From the NCBI RefSeq assembly GCF_009914755.1, contig NC_060926.1: a DNA stretch of 64,000 nucleotides, one strand, 5' to 3'. Both the position numbers and the translations under genes were made by a program. Position 1 is the first letter of the stretch, and every line of letters begins with the position of its first letter. Shown here piece by piece: positions 38,834 to 53,831 of this stretch. This DNA is from the human T2T-CHM13v2.0 reference genome, Homo sapiens. The notes below the pieces were generated by a model that saw only the letters and a program-made list of their open reading frames with translations, ran no database searches and was not told the origin of the DNA.

Positions 38834-41310
38834 CCCTTTATGATCAAAACACTCAACAACCTAGAAATAGGGAGGACTTTCACAATGTGATAAAGGACAT
38901 CTGTAAAAACCAATATTTAGTCTGAAACATGAAAAATGTTCTCCATAAGAACAAGACAAGGAAGGTTACTCTTGCCACTTCTATTTAACATTGCACTGGA
39001 GGTTCTATCCAGGACCATTTAGTCAGAAGAAGAAATAAAAAACCATCCACATTAGAAAGGAAGACATAAAGATGTCTCTATTCACATAGAATCTTGTATG
39101 TAGAAAATCCTAATTAATTTGTATTAAAAAAAAACTATTGGAGCTAATAAATGAGTTCAGCAAGGTTGCACGGTACAAAATCAATACAGAAAAATTAATT
39201 ATATTTCTTTAAGTAGCAATGAACATGCCAAAAATGCAATTAAGAAAACAATTCCACTTACAATAGCATCAAAAAGAACAAAATGTTTAGAAATAAACTT
39301 AAGAAAAGTACTGCAATGCTTGTACTCTGAGAACTACAAAACAAGACCTAAATATTTAGAACTACATCCCATGTTCATGGATCAGAAAGCATAATATTCT
39401 TAAAATGGCAGTATGCTCCAAACTGATCTTTAGATTCAACACAATCTCTATCAAAATCCAAGTTTAGCTTTTTTTTTTGGCAGAAACTGACAAGTTGATT
39501 CTAAAATTAATATGAAAATGAAAAGCACACAGAATCGCCAAAACAACCTTGAAAGAGAAAAACAAAGTTTGAAGGCTTGCACTTCCTTATTTCAAAACTT
39601 ACTATAGGCCAGGTATAGTGACTCACCCTTGTAATCCCAGCACTTTGGGAGGCTGAGGCAGGAGGATCACTTGAGCCCAGGAGTTTAAGACCAGCCTGGG
39701 TAACACAGTGTTACCCCATCTCTACAAAAAAAAGTTAAAAATAAAGTAGCTGAGCATGGTTGCTCATGCCTGTAGTCCCAGCTACTTGAGAGGCTGAGGC
39801 AGGAGGATCGTTTCAGCTTGGGAGGTCAAGGCTGTAGTGAGCTGTAATCACACCACAGCACTCCAGCCCAGGCAACAGAGCAAGACCCTATCTCAAAAAA
39901 ATAACTACAATAAAGTTTCAATAAAAAATATAGTGTGACATTGGCATAACAGTAAGCACATAGGTCAATGCAATAGAACTGAGAATTCAGAAATAAATTC
40001 TTACATTTATAGTCAATTGATTTTCAACAAGCATGCCAAGACAATTCAATGGGGAAAAGAATAGTCTTTTCAACAAATGGCCTGTGGACAACTTGATATC
40101 CACATGCAAAGAATGCAGTTGAAACCATACCTCACATCATATACAAAAATTAACTCAAAATGAATCATAGACCTAAATGTAAGAGCTAAAGCTAAAACTC
40201 TTAGGAAAAAGAGAGGTAGAAATCTTCATAACCTTGGTTAGGCAATGGTTTCTTAGATATGACAACAAAAGCACAGGCAGAAAGAGCAACAAAAAAGTAT
40301 GTGAATTGAACTTCACATAAAACATTTCTGTTTTATCACAATTAAAAACATTTTTGCATTAAAGGACTCTATCAAGAAAGTCAAAAGAAAACCCATAGAA
40401 TGGGTGAAAATATTTGCAAATCATATATCCAATAAAAATCTAGTATCCGGTTCTTAACAACTCACCAACAAAAAGACAACCAGTTAAAAAATAGGCAAAG
40501 GACTTGAATAGACATTTCTCCAAAGAAGATATACAAATGGCCAAAAACCACAAGAAAAAAAGCTCTAAGTCGTTAGTCATTAGGGAAATGTGAGTTAAAA
40601 CCACTATGAGACACAACCACTTCACACCCATTAGGTTGGCTGAATTAAAAAGACAGACAATAACACATGTTGGTAAGGATGTGGAGAAATTGGAAAACTC
40701 ATACATAGCAGGTGGGATTGTAAAATGCTGCAGCCACTTTGGAAAAGAGTTTGGCAGCTCCTCAAGATGTTAAACATAGAATTACCACACAACCCAGAAA
40801 TTCCACTATGTATATGTTCAAGAGAATTGAAAACGTATGTACCCACAAAAGCATGTACGCACACGTTTATGGCAGCATTATTCATAATAGCCAAAAAAGT
40901 GGAATCAACACAAACATCCATCAAACGGTAAAAAAAAAAAAACTAAAAAAAAAAAACCATGTGGTATATGCATACAATGGGCTATTACATGACCATAAAA
41001 AGGATTGAAGTACTGATCGTGCTATAACATAAATGAACCTGGAAGCCTTATGCTAAGTGAAAGAAACCTGTCACAAAATGTCATTTTGTATGATTTTATT
41101 TGTATGAAATGTCCAGAACAGGCAAGTGCTTAGAGACAGAAAAAGATTATTGGTTTCCAGGGACTAGGGTGAGGGGAAACATAGAATGACTGCCAACAGG
41201 TACAGGTTTCTTTTTGGAATGATAAAATTGTTCTGAAATTAGATTTGGTGATGATTGCACAACTACATGAATATACTAACAACTACTAAATTGTATATTT
41301 TTTAAAATGA
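38834..41310 (+). mobile_element. L1MB (L1MB7-like), ORF2 RT to 3'UTR, split by AluJ
   Basis: Decayed ORF2 (ORF-track peptide MLQPLWKRVWQLLKMLNIELP..) and 3'UTR caggtttctttttggaatgataaaattgttctgaaattagat. Confidence 0.85.
39607..39902 (+). mobile_element. AluJ
   Basis: ggaggatcacttgagcccaggag and gaggtcaaggctgtagtgagc; flanks aaaacttactata/aaaataactaca. Confidence 0.9.
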
Positions 41311-41427
41311 TAGAGGCCACAAAGTCACAGGTAGGTATATTATAATCCGATCAAAGATATTAAGGTTTTAACATTTAAAAAATTAATATATTGGTTGTGA
41401 AAGTCAGTGTGTTAAATGGAAGCCATC

Positions 41428-41975
41428 TGTGGTAGATTGGATTAAATGAAGATTATCTAGTTCTTCATTTCCTTGGGTAATAGGAATATAAGGTCAGGCT
41501 ATATAAAATTTCCATTTTTGATTAAGTAAAAATGGTCAAATATCAGCAATTCCCTGTGGTTTCACCTTATACTCCCATGCCTTTTTCCATGTAACTTTGC
41601 ATTCTTCCTTATGCCATTGATGTTGGGCTTGACCATGTGACTTGACTTGGTAAATGGAATGCTAGTAAATGTTGTGAGCAGAGACTTGAAACATGCTTTT
41701 GTGTTTTGGCTTGTGCACCAATCCTTCACCACGAGGACATTCCCTGGGTGGTCACGAGTCCAGGAAGGATGAAAATACATTGGGAGCAGACATGGAGTTA
41801 GTCAACAGCCTGCAGCTAAGCCCAACAGACCTGCAGCCTTAAAAAAACCTCCCAGCCCATAAAAACTGCACTTCAGTCTACTTGCAGACTGGTGAATATG
41901 AAGACAGTTATTTTAGTTGTAAGCCCTTGAGATTTTGAAGTTGTTAGTAGATGGTAGGTTATAGCTAACTAATAT
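41428..41975 (+). mobile_element. Old MLT1 (H/I/J-type) MaLR LTR
   Basis: tgtggtagatt..ccattgatgttgggcttgaccatgtgactt..gttgtaagcccttgagatttt..atagctaactaata. Confidence 0.7.
41489..41569. mobile_element. MADE2-like Mariner MITE inside the MLT1
   Basis: About 80 bp at a TA site with inverted ends taaggt..acctta and internal aaaaatggtcaaatatcagcaatt. Confidence 0.6.
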
Positions 41976-42635
41976 GTCATCTATGCATTGAACTAGGGAA
42001 AGCAACTAAAACAAGAGTAGATGGTGTCTGTTCACCAATATTCAAAAGAAATGGACTTCAACAGAAGAATTTCCTGGACTCTGAAAGGAGGAGAGACAGA
42101 TGGGCAGAGTGCAGAGGTAGTGGCAGATACCCCAAGCATTAAACAACAGCTTGAAGACTGGCCTTGGAGATTTGATTAAGTATCAAACTAAAGGGAAAAC
42201 TGACAAATATCAATTTTTAACACTTCCCAATTTTGGCCAAGGTCTGTGTTGCAGCCTGAGCTTTAATCTACATTCTTATAAATAAAGGGGAAATCAAGGA
42301 AAGAAAGTTTGATTACAAGTAAGGGCATGGGGTTAGTTATGATTATAACATGCTGAGGAGCAAACACTTGGATTCTATATTGCTTTTTTTTTTTAACTCT
42401 AAATTTGATGCTAAGTGTTTTTCACTTGTGCAAGTCCTGGAGTTGAAGAGAGAGTTTCAGAAATGAAACCACAATTAATTGAAGTTGTTGGAAAATGTAT
42501 AATCAAGGACTCATGCATTTATTTATGTCAACAATTCCAAGGAAAATTGCTACTAAGTTTTACCAACTGTCATCCACTTGTCCTCTTTCATATCTTGGAT
42601 TAAATTATGACAATTATATCCTCCAGGCTCCTGAT

Positions 42636-42858
42636 CATAACAGTAGCTGCTTTTTATTAAATGCTTACCATGTAACAAGGACTCTGCAAGACACTTTTTA
42701 GACAGTGTATCTAATTCTCACAATGACATTGAAAGATGAATGTTATTACCCCCATTTTAGAGGTGAGGAAACCGGAACTCAGAAAGACTGGGTAATTTCA
42801 CCCTTAATGTCAGATAGTTAGGAACAGAGGGAGCTATAATTTGAACCTAGGTCTAACT
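42636..42858 (-). mobile_element. MIR SINE
   Basis: tattacccccattttagaggtgaggaaac..atttgaacctaggtct. Confidence 0.78.
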
Positions 42859-43741
42859 ATAATCCTATTTAATGTTGAGCAAACATCAGTTTAAGCTGGA
42901 GTTTTAGTTAGTGAAATAAAAATGTTCTGTCCAAGGAGGCTTAGCTACTGGCATAGAAAAAGAACCTTATTATAAAGTAGTTAGTCTTAGTTATCCTATC
43001 CACCTACCAATCTATCTAAATCTATACATAGACTCTTGAGAAAAGTGACAAGAAAGTGCCAGCTTGATCTAGATTTTACATATTTTCTTTTGTCTGAATA
43101 TTTAATTCATTTTCAGTTCAGTTATTTCTCTTGTCCTTATCATGTGTTCATCGTAGACCCTTGGCTCAGTCCAGAATGGAATTGTTTTTGAAGAAGTATA
43201 GTCTAAATAAAAATATCCAATCTTTGCCTATATCTCTGAAAAATATAGTTACGGAATATGAACACAGAATCCTTAACAACTCTTAAAAATTCTGTATCTC
43301 CTGGGCCCTCTTCCCTCTCCTTCTCTCCTATCTCCCCTCCCTCCACACCAACTCCTTTCAGCCCATTAGATTTGCGTCCTGCCACTCTCTAGACAGCCTC
43401 TCCTACCTCCACATTTCCATACAGCTCCCTGAGCACTTGCCGACCCTTAGCCTACTCAGCCCCATAGGGAATTTAGTACCTCCCTTCATTAACAGCTTTG
43501 TGCAAGAGCCTCCTCTGAGGCTTTGGTCTATCCTAACTCTCCTTTTTCCCTCTTCTCTTATTTCATTCCACCTCACAAAGTTTCAAAAGATGGAGCTGAC
43601 CCAGAACTCTCTTCAGAAAGGTAGGGGTAGCTGAGTGAGCAACCCCAGAATACTCTGTATCTGGCAGAGTTTAGGGAAGAAAACAAAAAAGACTGACCCC
43701 TTCCTCATCCCCCATAATGATGCTATCTGCCCATCACATGC

Positions 43742-44304
43742 TGTGTTAGTTTCTTACTGCTGCTGCGATAAATAATTCCAATTTAGTAGTTTAAACAACA
43801 CAAACATATTATCTTGTAGCTCTGTAGGTCAGAAGACCTGTATGGGTTTCACTGGGCTAAAACCCACAGTGTCAATATGCTGCTTTGCTTTCTGGAGGCT
43901 GTGGGGAAGAATCTACTTCCTTGCTTATCGGTGTTATGCGCAAAACTCAGTTCATTGCAGTTGTAGGACTGAAGTCCTGGTTTATTTGCAGGCTCCCAGC
44001 CAAGGGCCATTCTGGAGACTGCCACATTTCTGGGCTCACAGCCCCTTTCTTCCATCTTTAAAGCCAGCAACTGGCAGGTGGAGTCCCTCTCATGCTTTGA
44101 ATTTTTCCTCTTTACGCCATTTGGAAAGGCTCATCTCATCTCTTTACGCCATTTGGAAAGGCTCACCCCAATAATCTCCTCATCTCCAGATCCATACTCT
44201 TCATCACATCTGCAAAGTCTCCTTTGTCATGTAAAGTAACATATCTGCAGGTCCTGGGATTACTCCATACATATCCTGAGGGGGGCATTATTCTGCCTAA
44301 CACA
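43742..44304 (-). mobile_element. MLT1D-type MaLR solo LTR
   Basis: tgtgttagtttc..gcagttgtaggactgaagtcc..cacatctgcaaagtc..cattattctgcctaacaca. Confidence 0.82.
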
Positions 44305-46339
44305 CGTGGTAAATTTCATTGTTGTTTCATAAATGGGAAGGCAGGTGTCTGCAGAGATGAGGGCATCTCCATATGGAAGAACTGGAGGTCCTTCCATAAT
44401 ACAGGCTAAACCAAGGGTCAAGTTAAACCTAAAATTGTACTCCTCTTGATCTAGTCTATATACCCAGCCCATAGATGATTCCTGTAGAACGATCAAATAT
44501 GTAGGAAGGTCATATGATAACCAAGCTTTTTGACCTGCCCACCAAATGTTTTTATTAAGCTGCATATATTTAGAATGTTTTCAATTAAGTCGTACTAGAA
44601 AAGATACAAGTCAGAAAATGTATGTTCTTAGAAAAAACAACTCAATAATAAGTATCTGGGATCAAAAAAGAAAGCTAGGTTTATGTTTTTATTAGGCCAT
44701 CTTTCTGTAAAATTTGGTGGTTTTTTGTTTTGTGTTTTTTATTTATCTATTTATTTATTTTTCTGCAAGTTGTCTTCACAATGCTTCTCCAAGAAAATCA
44801 CATTTCCTACAACAACCTCTGTAAATGCCCTGAATTGGCTAGATTGAGATAATTCAAGAGTCCTCTGTCACCATCACACCAGAATATCACATTTTGCTTT
44901 ATCTTGTCTGCTAAAGATGGGATATTTTAAAATATTCCACTAAATGGAAGGCTTGTCTAGAAAAGATGGGGGTAGAAAACATTCCTGTTTATGTTATTAC
45001 TTTTCAGAATAGCTATTGCTGATGCATTATGCTCTCCAGGAATATTAGAAGCCCAGATTATATCAGGTAATTGCTACACGCAGAAACCAAGCAGGATACA
45101 CAAACCTGGAGGCTGCCAGCAGCAACTATGATGAAATTATAACGATAAACAGGTCAACAGGAAAAACATAAAGCAAACTAGAGCACCAAAGCCAAGCAAG
45201 ATATCACCACAGAATCGAAAGATACTAAGAAGGAAAGCGCATGGGAATAGGAGGTGTGAGGATGAGGCAAGAGTCTTTATGTATTGTGGGACAGTCTGGA
45301 GTCTCTCTAAGACCTTTATCAAAATCAGTAATGTCTCATAAGGCTTGGCAATAGATGGAATGAAATGCTACAGTGCGTGTCATGTTGTAGGGATTCACAC
45401 TTTAGTATGTTTTGTGCTGTGTTCTTTGTTTTGCATTTTTATCCCACCTGCCAGGACTTTCTATTTATGCTTTTTCTTTTTCTTCAGCAGAGAGCAGGAA
45501 AGCCATGATGAGTAGTTGATGAAAATGTGGGGCTAAATTTACATAGTCATTCAGTGACTGTCATGTACCGTGACGCTTGTGGAGTACAATTAAGAGAGTC
45601 TCTAATTTGAATAAAAATCTGTTCTTTCAGTTTCATGTCATATACGATATCACTACAAGCTCATCTACATAGCCTATTATAATGCACACTTTTATACGAC
45701 TATAGCCTTCATCTAATCAGTCTCTACAAGCTAATCAGCTCAAATACTGTCACAAGTGGTATAATGCATGCAATTATCCTTAATTCAACTTCTAAACATG
45801 GAGGTGAAAGATCAGATTTAACCAAACAGGCTTATCAGGAATTCATGAATTGATAATCGTGATTAATGGAAAATCACAGTGCAAAACTTGTTTTAATTTA
45901 CCTGTTCATGTAACTTGTGTTACAGAGAAATGTGAACTTTCATCCACAGCGAACAAAGAATGGCTGGACTTTCAGATGCATTTTAGCCCCAGGTTAAGAA
46001 ATGTGCATTCATTCACTATTTCAAGGATAATCTTTAATGACAGAAATCAGTGCAGCTAAGTAAGGATTATAGCTTTGAAACTATCCCGGCCCTGACTCAC
46101 TGAAAAAGAAATGATTACTCAGAAATGTCATCTCCAGTTATCACTAATAAGTTGGAAGGGGGATTTACGTTGAACAGAATAAATTGAACTGCTTGTCTCT
46201 GGAGTTCCTTGGATTTCTACAGTGTTGTACTATTCTTGAAAAGGGGTCTTTGAAAATAGCTGCATTAGGGTTTGTGTTCTCCTAAGTCTTAACCACTTAC
46301 TTGTAAGAGACTCAGAACATCAGAACATTGACCTATAAT

Positions 46340-46510
46340 ATATTCATTTATTGAAGTAATATTTACTTAGCAAATGTGATATGGAAGAACCTATGCTAGG
46401 TACTGGGGGTAGATATCATGAGTAAAAGATGGCTTATCCTCGGGAAACTCGAAGACCACTGAGGAAGATAATACAAAGAAACTGAAATAATCAATATAAC
46501 ATGATGAGAG
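46340..46510 (-). mobile_element. L2 3' fragment
   Basis: attcatttatt..tatgctaggtactggggg. Confidence 0.45.
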
Positions 46511-47226
46511 TTGAGGAAAGTGCTGACTGGCGTCTTATTTTGTTACTGTTTTGCTACAATGAGTTAACCAGGGAGGAGTAAAATGTATACTAGCAGGATG
46601 CCAGGATCATATCTCTGAAAGGTTTGGATTTCCCTTCCTTTGTTCCTGGCCACCCAGATTATGCCAGCACTGGAGGAACCAGGGCTAGTGTCCTGGGTTA
46701 AATTGGGCGTCTGGCTCAAGTCCAGGCAGCAGCTTCCTGCACACTGAAGGAGGATGGTGGTTTGGAGGTTCTCAGAAGAGGCAGAGATGCGCACTACTTA
46801 TGTGCAGGACCCAGGGTGGGCTGATGGTCTGGATGGTGGGATGGCTGTGGGACGCTTATGGAAGCTGGACATTTAAGTGCTGTAGCTAGGGTCTCTGTCG
46901 CTGTCTGTAGTCCATGGAGGAGACATCTGTGAAGCACATCTCTGAGCTCACTCCTGCCCTACAGTAGGCAATGCACATAGACAGCAGAGGATCCACACTG
47001 GGCAGCGTGATGATATCAATATTGACCCCATTGTCTGGGAGCCAGCACAGAAATGCTATGCAATTCTGTGCATGTTCGGGAGCTCCATAAATGTTTCTTA
47101 GATTGAATATACTGCCTGATGAATCGACGGTTGAGGAGCAAATCTGTACCAGGTGTTGCAAATTAGATGCTTACAGGTACAGCAAGCACTACAAAGAAAT
47201 CTAGTGATGAAGGGTGTCTGGTGTGA

Positions 47227-47684
<458 letters not shown>

Positions 47685-47687
47685 TCA

Positions 47688-47995
47688 CCCAGCACCATTT
47701 AGTGAAAAGACTATCTTTTTCCCATTGTATGTTCTGGGTGTCCTTACTGAAGATGAGTTGGCTATGAATGGCTGGGTTTATATCTGGTTCTATATTCAGT
47801 TCCATTGGTCTGTGTGTCTGTCTGTTTTATGCCAGAACAATGCTGATGTGGTTACTATAACTTTGTAGTAAATTTTGAAGCCAGGTAGTGTGATGTCTTC
47901 AGCTTTGTTCTTTTTGCTTAAGATTGCTTTAGCTATTCAGGATCTTTTGTGGTTTTATTTAAAGTTTAGAATTTTTGTCCTGCTTCTGTGAAAAG
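47688..47995 (-). mobile_element. L1M ORF2 internal fragment
   Basis: cccagcaccattta..gtgtgatgtcttcagctttgttctttttgctta, antisense L1 ORF2. Confidence 0.8.
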
Positions 47996-48269
47996 TGAAA
48001 ACCTCCTGCATTTTCAATGTTGGCAACTAATTCAAAATTTAAAATATTATGCAGGTGAAACAAAATTCACCTGCTGTATTTGTTCCATAGACAAGTCATT
48101 TGCAGTCTCTGGACTATAAGAAATAAAAAGATAAAATAAAAAATATGGGAAGTCATAGGAAATGGGTAGAGAAGTTGAATTTTGAGATGGGATAGAGGCA
48201 TGGATGGGACTCCTGATAAGATCTGAGATATCAGAGACAATTGAAAAGATGAATTCCCACAATTCTTAC

Positions 48270-48991
48270 ATTTGTTTATCCATTTCTTTTTCAACCAATA
48301 TGCACTGAGTACCTCCTATATGTCAGGCATTATGCTAAAGGTGGTGCAGATGTGGGTAGCAGAGGAGGGGAATGGTCCCTGTACTCAAAAAAATGTTTAG
48401 TCTAGTGGTTAGACACCTGAAAGATTAAAAAATATGCCAGAAAAAAATTCATAGGCTAAGAGACAGTGTTCAAAGCAGGAGGAACAGCACCTGGGAAGGC
48501 CACATATGAGCATGGCAAGCTGTGTCTGCAAAGCCCAAGGAAGTTCTTATGCCTATAGGACAGAGCTCAAGGGGAAGTGGTGAGAGGAGGCTAGAGACAC
48601 TGGCAGGGGCCAGAGCCTGGAAAACCCCAAGCAAAGCCCTTTTTGTACTAACCCTAGAGGCAATGGAAAATTCGTCAAGGATTTTAAGCAAGAGACTCAA
48701 GGAGGTTGTAATATTTAAAGATGTTCCAAGGTTAGCGTATAGAACATAAAATGGGAGACCAAGTGTGAAGCAGTGGCTGTAATTCAGGCGAGAAATAAAG
48801 GCCAGGTAGAACAGAAAGAAGTGAATCAAGGGAATGGATTTAAGAGACATTTTGGAGATGGAAGAAAGATCAAAAGTAATTGATATGAAGTAGAGAACAA
48901 AGGAGATGGAGGATTTAAAGATAACATCCCCAGGGTTCTGGTTTGGGCACTGGGTGAATGATGGTTCCATTCCCTGAGAAAGTCAACTCTG

Positions 48992-49051
<60 letters not shown>

Positions 49052-49588
49052 TGTGTAGTGGTTTAGGGGAAATGCTCATTTGTTTTGCCTTGATATGCTA
49101 AATTTATGGTGCCAGAAAGACATCCAAGTGGAGACGTGTAACAGGCAATTGCTATATGGGCAATGAACTTAGGAGGAGGGTTGCATTAGAGATTTAGCTT
49201 TTGGTGCCATCAGCATATAGCTGAAAGTAGGGGACATTGTCTATAGAGTTTAGAGGAAGAATATCAGACTGCCAAGAAAAGATTTCTTAGGGCTACTAAT
49301 ATTTAAGGAATGAGTAGAAAAGGAAAGATTGTAATGATGTGTGAGAAGAAGCAGTCAAAGATATAAAAGAAAAATCAGGTAACTGTAGCTAAAAGAAAAG
49401 AGAAAAACATTTTTGAAAAAATAGAGCAAAGCAACAACTGAAAAATGTCCTTAAGATTTCACAACAAGAATTTGGGCAAGATAATTTTCAGTAGCCTGGC
49501 GGTTCAAGGATATCGCATATTCTTATCCTTAGTGTAGAAATGGTAACAGCAAATGTAGACAATTCTTTAAAAAGTTTGATTGTGAGAT
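48270..49588 (-). mobile_element. L2 LINE
   Basis: Antisense L2 terminus (ttcaaccaatatgcactgagtacctcctatatgtcaggc) and internal gacatccaagtggagacgt, gcaaatgtagacaattctt. Confidence 0.75.
48998..49056. repeat. Interrupted (TG)n microsatellite
   Basis: Two TG runs separated by cga. Confidence 0.95.
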
Positions 49589-49667
49589 GCCAAATAGCCA
49601 AAATAACCTTGAGCAAAAAGAACGAAGCTGGAGGCATTACATTCCTTGATTTCAAAATATCCTATAA

Positions 49668-50075
<408 letters not shown>

Positions 50076-52290
50076 TGACAAAAGTGCCAAAAAAAAAACA
50101 CAATGGCGCAAGGAAAATATCTTCAATAAATGTTGTTGAAAAACTAGATATCCACATACAGAAGAATGATATTAGACCTTTATCTTGATATTAGAACCTT
50201 ACACCATATACAAAAGTCAGCTCAATATGGATTAAAGACTTAAATCTAAGACCTGAAACTTTAAAACTTCCAGAAGAAAACCCAGGGGGAAAGCTCCACT
50301 ACATTGGTCCGGGCAGTGATTTTTTGGATAGGATTCCAAATGTACAGGGAACAAAAGTAAAAGTAGACACATTGATGGCGTCAAGCTAACAAGTTCCCGC
50401 ACAGCAAAGAGAACAATTAAAAGAGTGAAGAGACAACCCACAGAATGAGGGAAAATATTTACAAACCATACATCTAAGAAGAAGTTAATACCCAAAATGT
50501 ATAAGGAAGCCAAACAACTCAACAGCAAGAAAATAAATAAGCCAGCTGAAAATTGGCTAAAGGACCTGACTGACCAATTTTCAAAAGAAGACATACAAAT
50601 GGTAATAGGTATATGAAAAATTCTCAGCACCACTAATCATTAGGGAAATGCAAGTTAAAACCACAATGAGACATCACAGCTTTTCGAATGGCTTTTACCA
50701 AAAAGCTCGAGATAAGTATTGAAAAGGAAGTACAAAAAGGGAACCCTTATATACTGTTGGTGGGAATGTAAATTGGTACAGCCACTTTGGTAAGCAGTAT
50801 GGAGGTTCCTCAGAAAACTAAAAGCAGAACTACTATGCAATGCAGTAATCCCACTTTTGGATATATACCCAAAGGAACTGAAATCAATGTGTCAAAGGAC
50901 TCTCTGCACTCCTGTGAACATTGCAGCATTGTTCACAATAGCCAAGATATGAAACCAACCTAAAGGTCTGTAAGTAGATGAATGGATAAAGAAAATATGG
51001 TACAGGATTAAGATGGCAGATAGGAGGCAGGACTAGCTTGCAGCTCCCTCTTGGACAGACAGAGCAGCATGTGGAGACTCATATTGTGAACTTTTGCTCC
51101 ATGAACTACCACAGCAACATACCTGGAAAGCCAAGAGAATCCACAGACCCTTTGAAGGAATTGGATCACCTCTGCAGGCTCCCCAGATGCCAAAAAGCTG
51201 TGAGTCTGCTTGCTTTCTCAGCAGGGAGGCTCATGGTCTGGGGCAAGTTCTCAGGCCTGGTCACTGGCTGCCTGGACTTGATGCAGTTGGAGGAGCACAG
51301 TGGGAGTGAGACCAGCCCTTAGGACTACAGGCTGTGTGGCAGCAGGGTGAGGCCGGTGACTGCCAGCTTTACCCCACTTCCCTGGCAACCTGTGTGACTC
51401 AGCAGAGGCAGCCATAATCCCCCTGGGAACAAAACTCCATTGGCCTGGGAGCCACGCCCCCAGCCCCTACAGCAGCTGCAGCATGCCCCACCCAAGGAGA
51501 GTCTGAGCTCAGACACATGTATCCCTGCTCCAGCCTGGTGGTCTTTCTCTACCCACCCTGGTTGTTGAAGACAAAGGACATAATCTCTTGGGAGCTCTAT
51601 GGCCCTGCCCACCGCCTCAGAAACCTGAATATGTAACCAGGCCACCCTAGGGCAACTTTGCTTCCTGCCTGTAGTACCACAGTTGATGCACTCTTGAAAG
51701 CGCCACCTCCTGGCTGGAGGCCAACCAACACAAAACCAGTGCACTGAAAAAAAATACAACCAAAGACCCTCACAGAGTCCACTTCACTTCCCTGCTTCCT
51801 CCACTGGAGCAGGTGCTGGTATCCACAGCTGAAAGACCTGAAGATGGATCACACCACAGGACTCTTTGCAGACACTCACCAGTACCAGCCAGGAGCCCGG
51901 TAGCTGTGCTGGGGCCAGACCCAGAAGAGCAAAACCAATCACAGCAGTTCGGCTCTCAGGCTCTTTCTGAATTGGCAGAAAAATAATTCAGAAGACCAAT
52001 TATTAAGCTAATCAAGGAGGCACCAGAGAAAGATGAAGTACAACTTGAAATCAAAAACATGATACAGGATATGAAAAGAAAAACCTTCAGTGAAGTAGAT
52101 GGCATAAATAAAAAAACTTTGCAACTTCTGGAAATCAAGGACACACTTAGAGAAATGCAAAATGCACTGGAAAATCTCAGTGATAGAATCCAACAAGCAG
52201 AAGAAAGAACTTTCAATCTTGAAGACAAGGCTTTTGAATTAACTCAATCCATCAAGGACAAAGAAAAAAGAATTTAAAAAAAAATAAACA

Positions 52291-52596
52291 GGCCAGGTGC
52301 AGTCGCTCACACCTGTAATCCTGACACTTTGGGAGGCCAAAGTGGATGGGTCACCTGAGGTCAGGAGTTCAAGATGAGCCTGGCTAACATGGTGAAACCC
52401 TATCTCTACTAAAAATACAAAAATTAGCTGGGCGCAGTGGTAGGCACCTGTAATCCCAGCTACTTGGGAGGCTGAGGCAAGAGAATTGCTTGAACCCGAG
52501 AGGTGGAGGTTTCAGTGAGCCAAAATTGTGCCATTGCACTCCAGCCTGGGTGGCAAGAGCAAAACCCCATCTCAAAAACAAAAGCAAAAACAAAAA
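52291..52596 (+). mobile_element. AluS (Sq/Sx-like) in L1 ORF1
   Basis: Full dimer with CAAAAA-type tail; TSD aaat[a/g]aaca. Confidence 0.92.
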
Positions 52597-53440
52597 CAAA
52601 TGAACAAAGCCTCCAAGAAGTTAAGAAGTTTGGGACTATGTTAAGTGTTCAAACCTAAGAATAATTGGTGTTCCCAAGGAAGAAGAGAAATCTAAAATCT
52701 GGAAAACATATTGAGGGAATAATAACGGAAACCTTCCACAGCCTTGCTGGGATCTAGAAATCAGAATACAAGAAGCTCAAAGAGATTCATCACAAAAAGA
52801 TCATTGCCTAGGCACATAGTCTTCAGGTTATCTAAAGTCAAGATAAAGGAAAGAATCTTAAGAGCTGTGAGGCAAAAGCGTCATGTAACCTATAAATGAA
52901 AACCTATCAGACTAACAACAGATTTCTCAGCAGAAACCCTACAAACTAGGAGGGTTTGAGGTTCTAGTTTTAACCTCCTTAAACAAAACAATTATCAGCC
53001 AAGAATTTTGTATCCAGTGAAACTAAGCCTCAAAAATGAAGGAAAGATACAGTTTTTTCCAGACAAACAAATTCTGAGACAATTCACCACCACCAAACTG
53101 GCACTACAAGAACTGCTAAAAGGAGCTCTAAATCTTGAAACAAATCCTCAAAATACATCAAAATGGAACCTCCTTAAAGCATAAATCTCACAGGACCTAT
53201 ATAACACAATGAAAAAAATAAAAACAAGGTATTCAGGCAATAAATGGCATGATGAGTAGAATAGTACCTCACATCTCAATATTAATGTTGGATGTCAATG
53301 GCCTAAATGCTCCACTTAAAAGATACAGAATGGCAGAATGGATAAATATTCACCAACCAAGTTTCTGCTGTCTTCAGGAGAGTCACCTAACACATAAGGA
53401 CTCACATAAACTTAAAGTAAAGGGGTGGAAAAGGATATTG

Positions 53441-53831
53441 TATCACACGAGTCCATGTGAAGAGACCACCAAACAGGCTTTGTGTGAGCAACAAGGCTGT
53501 TTATTTCACCTGGGTGCAGACAGGCTGTGTCCAAAAAGAGAGTCAGTGAAAGGAGATAGGGGTGGGGCCATTTTATAGGATTTGGTTAGGTAGTGGAAAA
53601 TTACAGTCAAAGGGGGGAGTTCTCCGGCAGGCAGGGGCAGGGGTCACAAGGTGCTCAGTGGGGGAGCCTCTGAGCCAGGAGAAGGAATTTCACAAGGTAA
53701 TGTCATCAGTTAAGGCAGGAACCAGCCATTTTCGCTTCTTTTGTGATTCTTCAGTTACTTCAGGCCATCTGGATATATACCTGCAGGTCACGGGAGATAT
53801 GATGGCTTAGCTTGGGCTCAGAGGCCTGACA
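53441..53831 (-). mobile_element. LTR7 (LTR7B-like) HERV-H 3' LTR
   Basis: gtgaagagaccaccaaacaggctttgtgtgagcaacaaggctg..cttagcttgggctcagaggcctgaca. Confidence 0.92.

Noticed and set aside
48470-48970. 166-aa ORF
   Set aside because: Lies within a decayed L2 with no recognisable intact domain.
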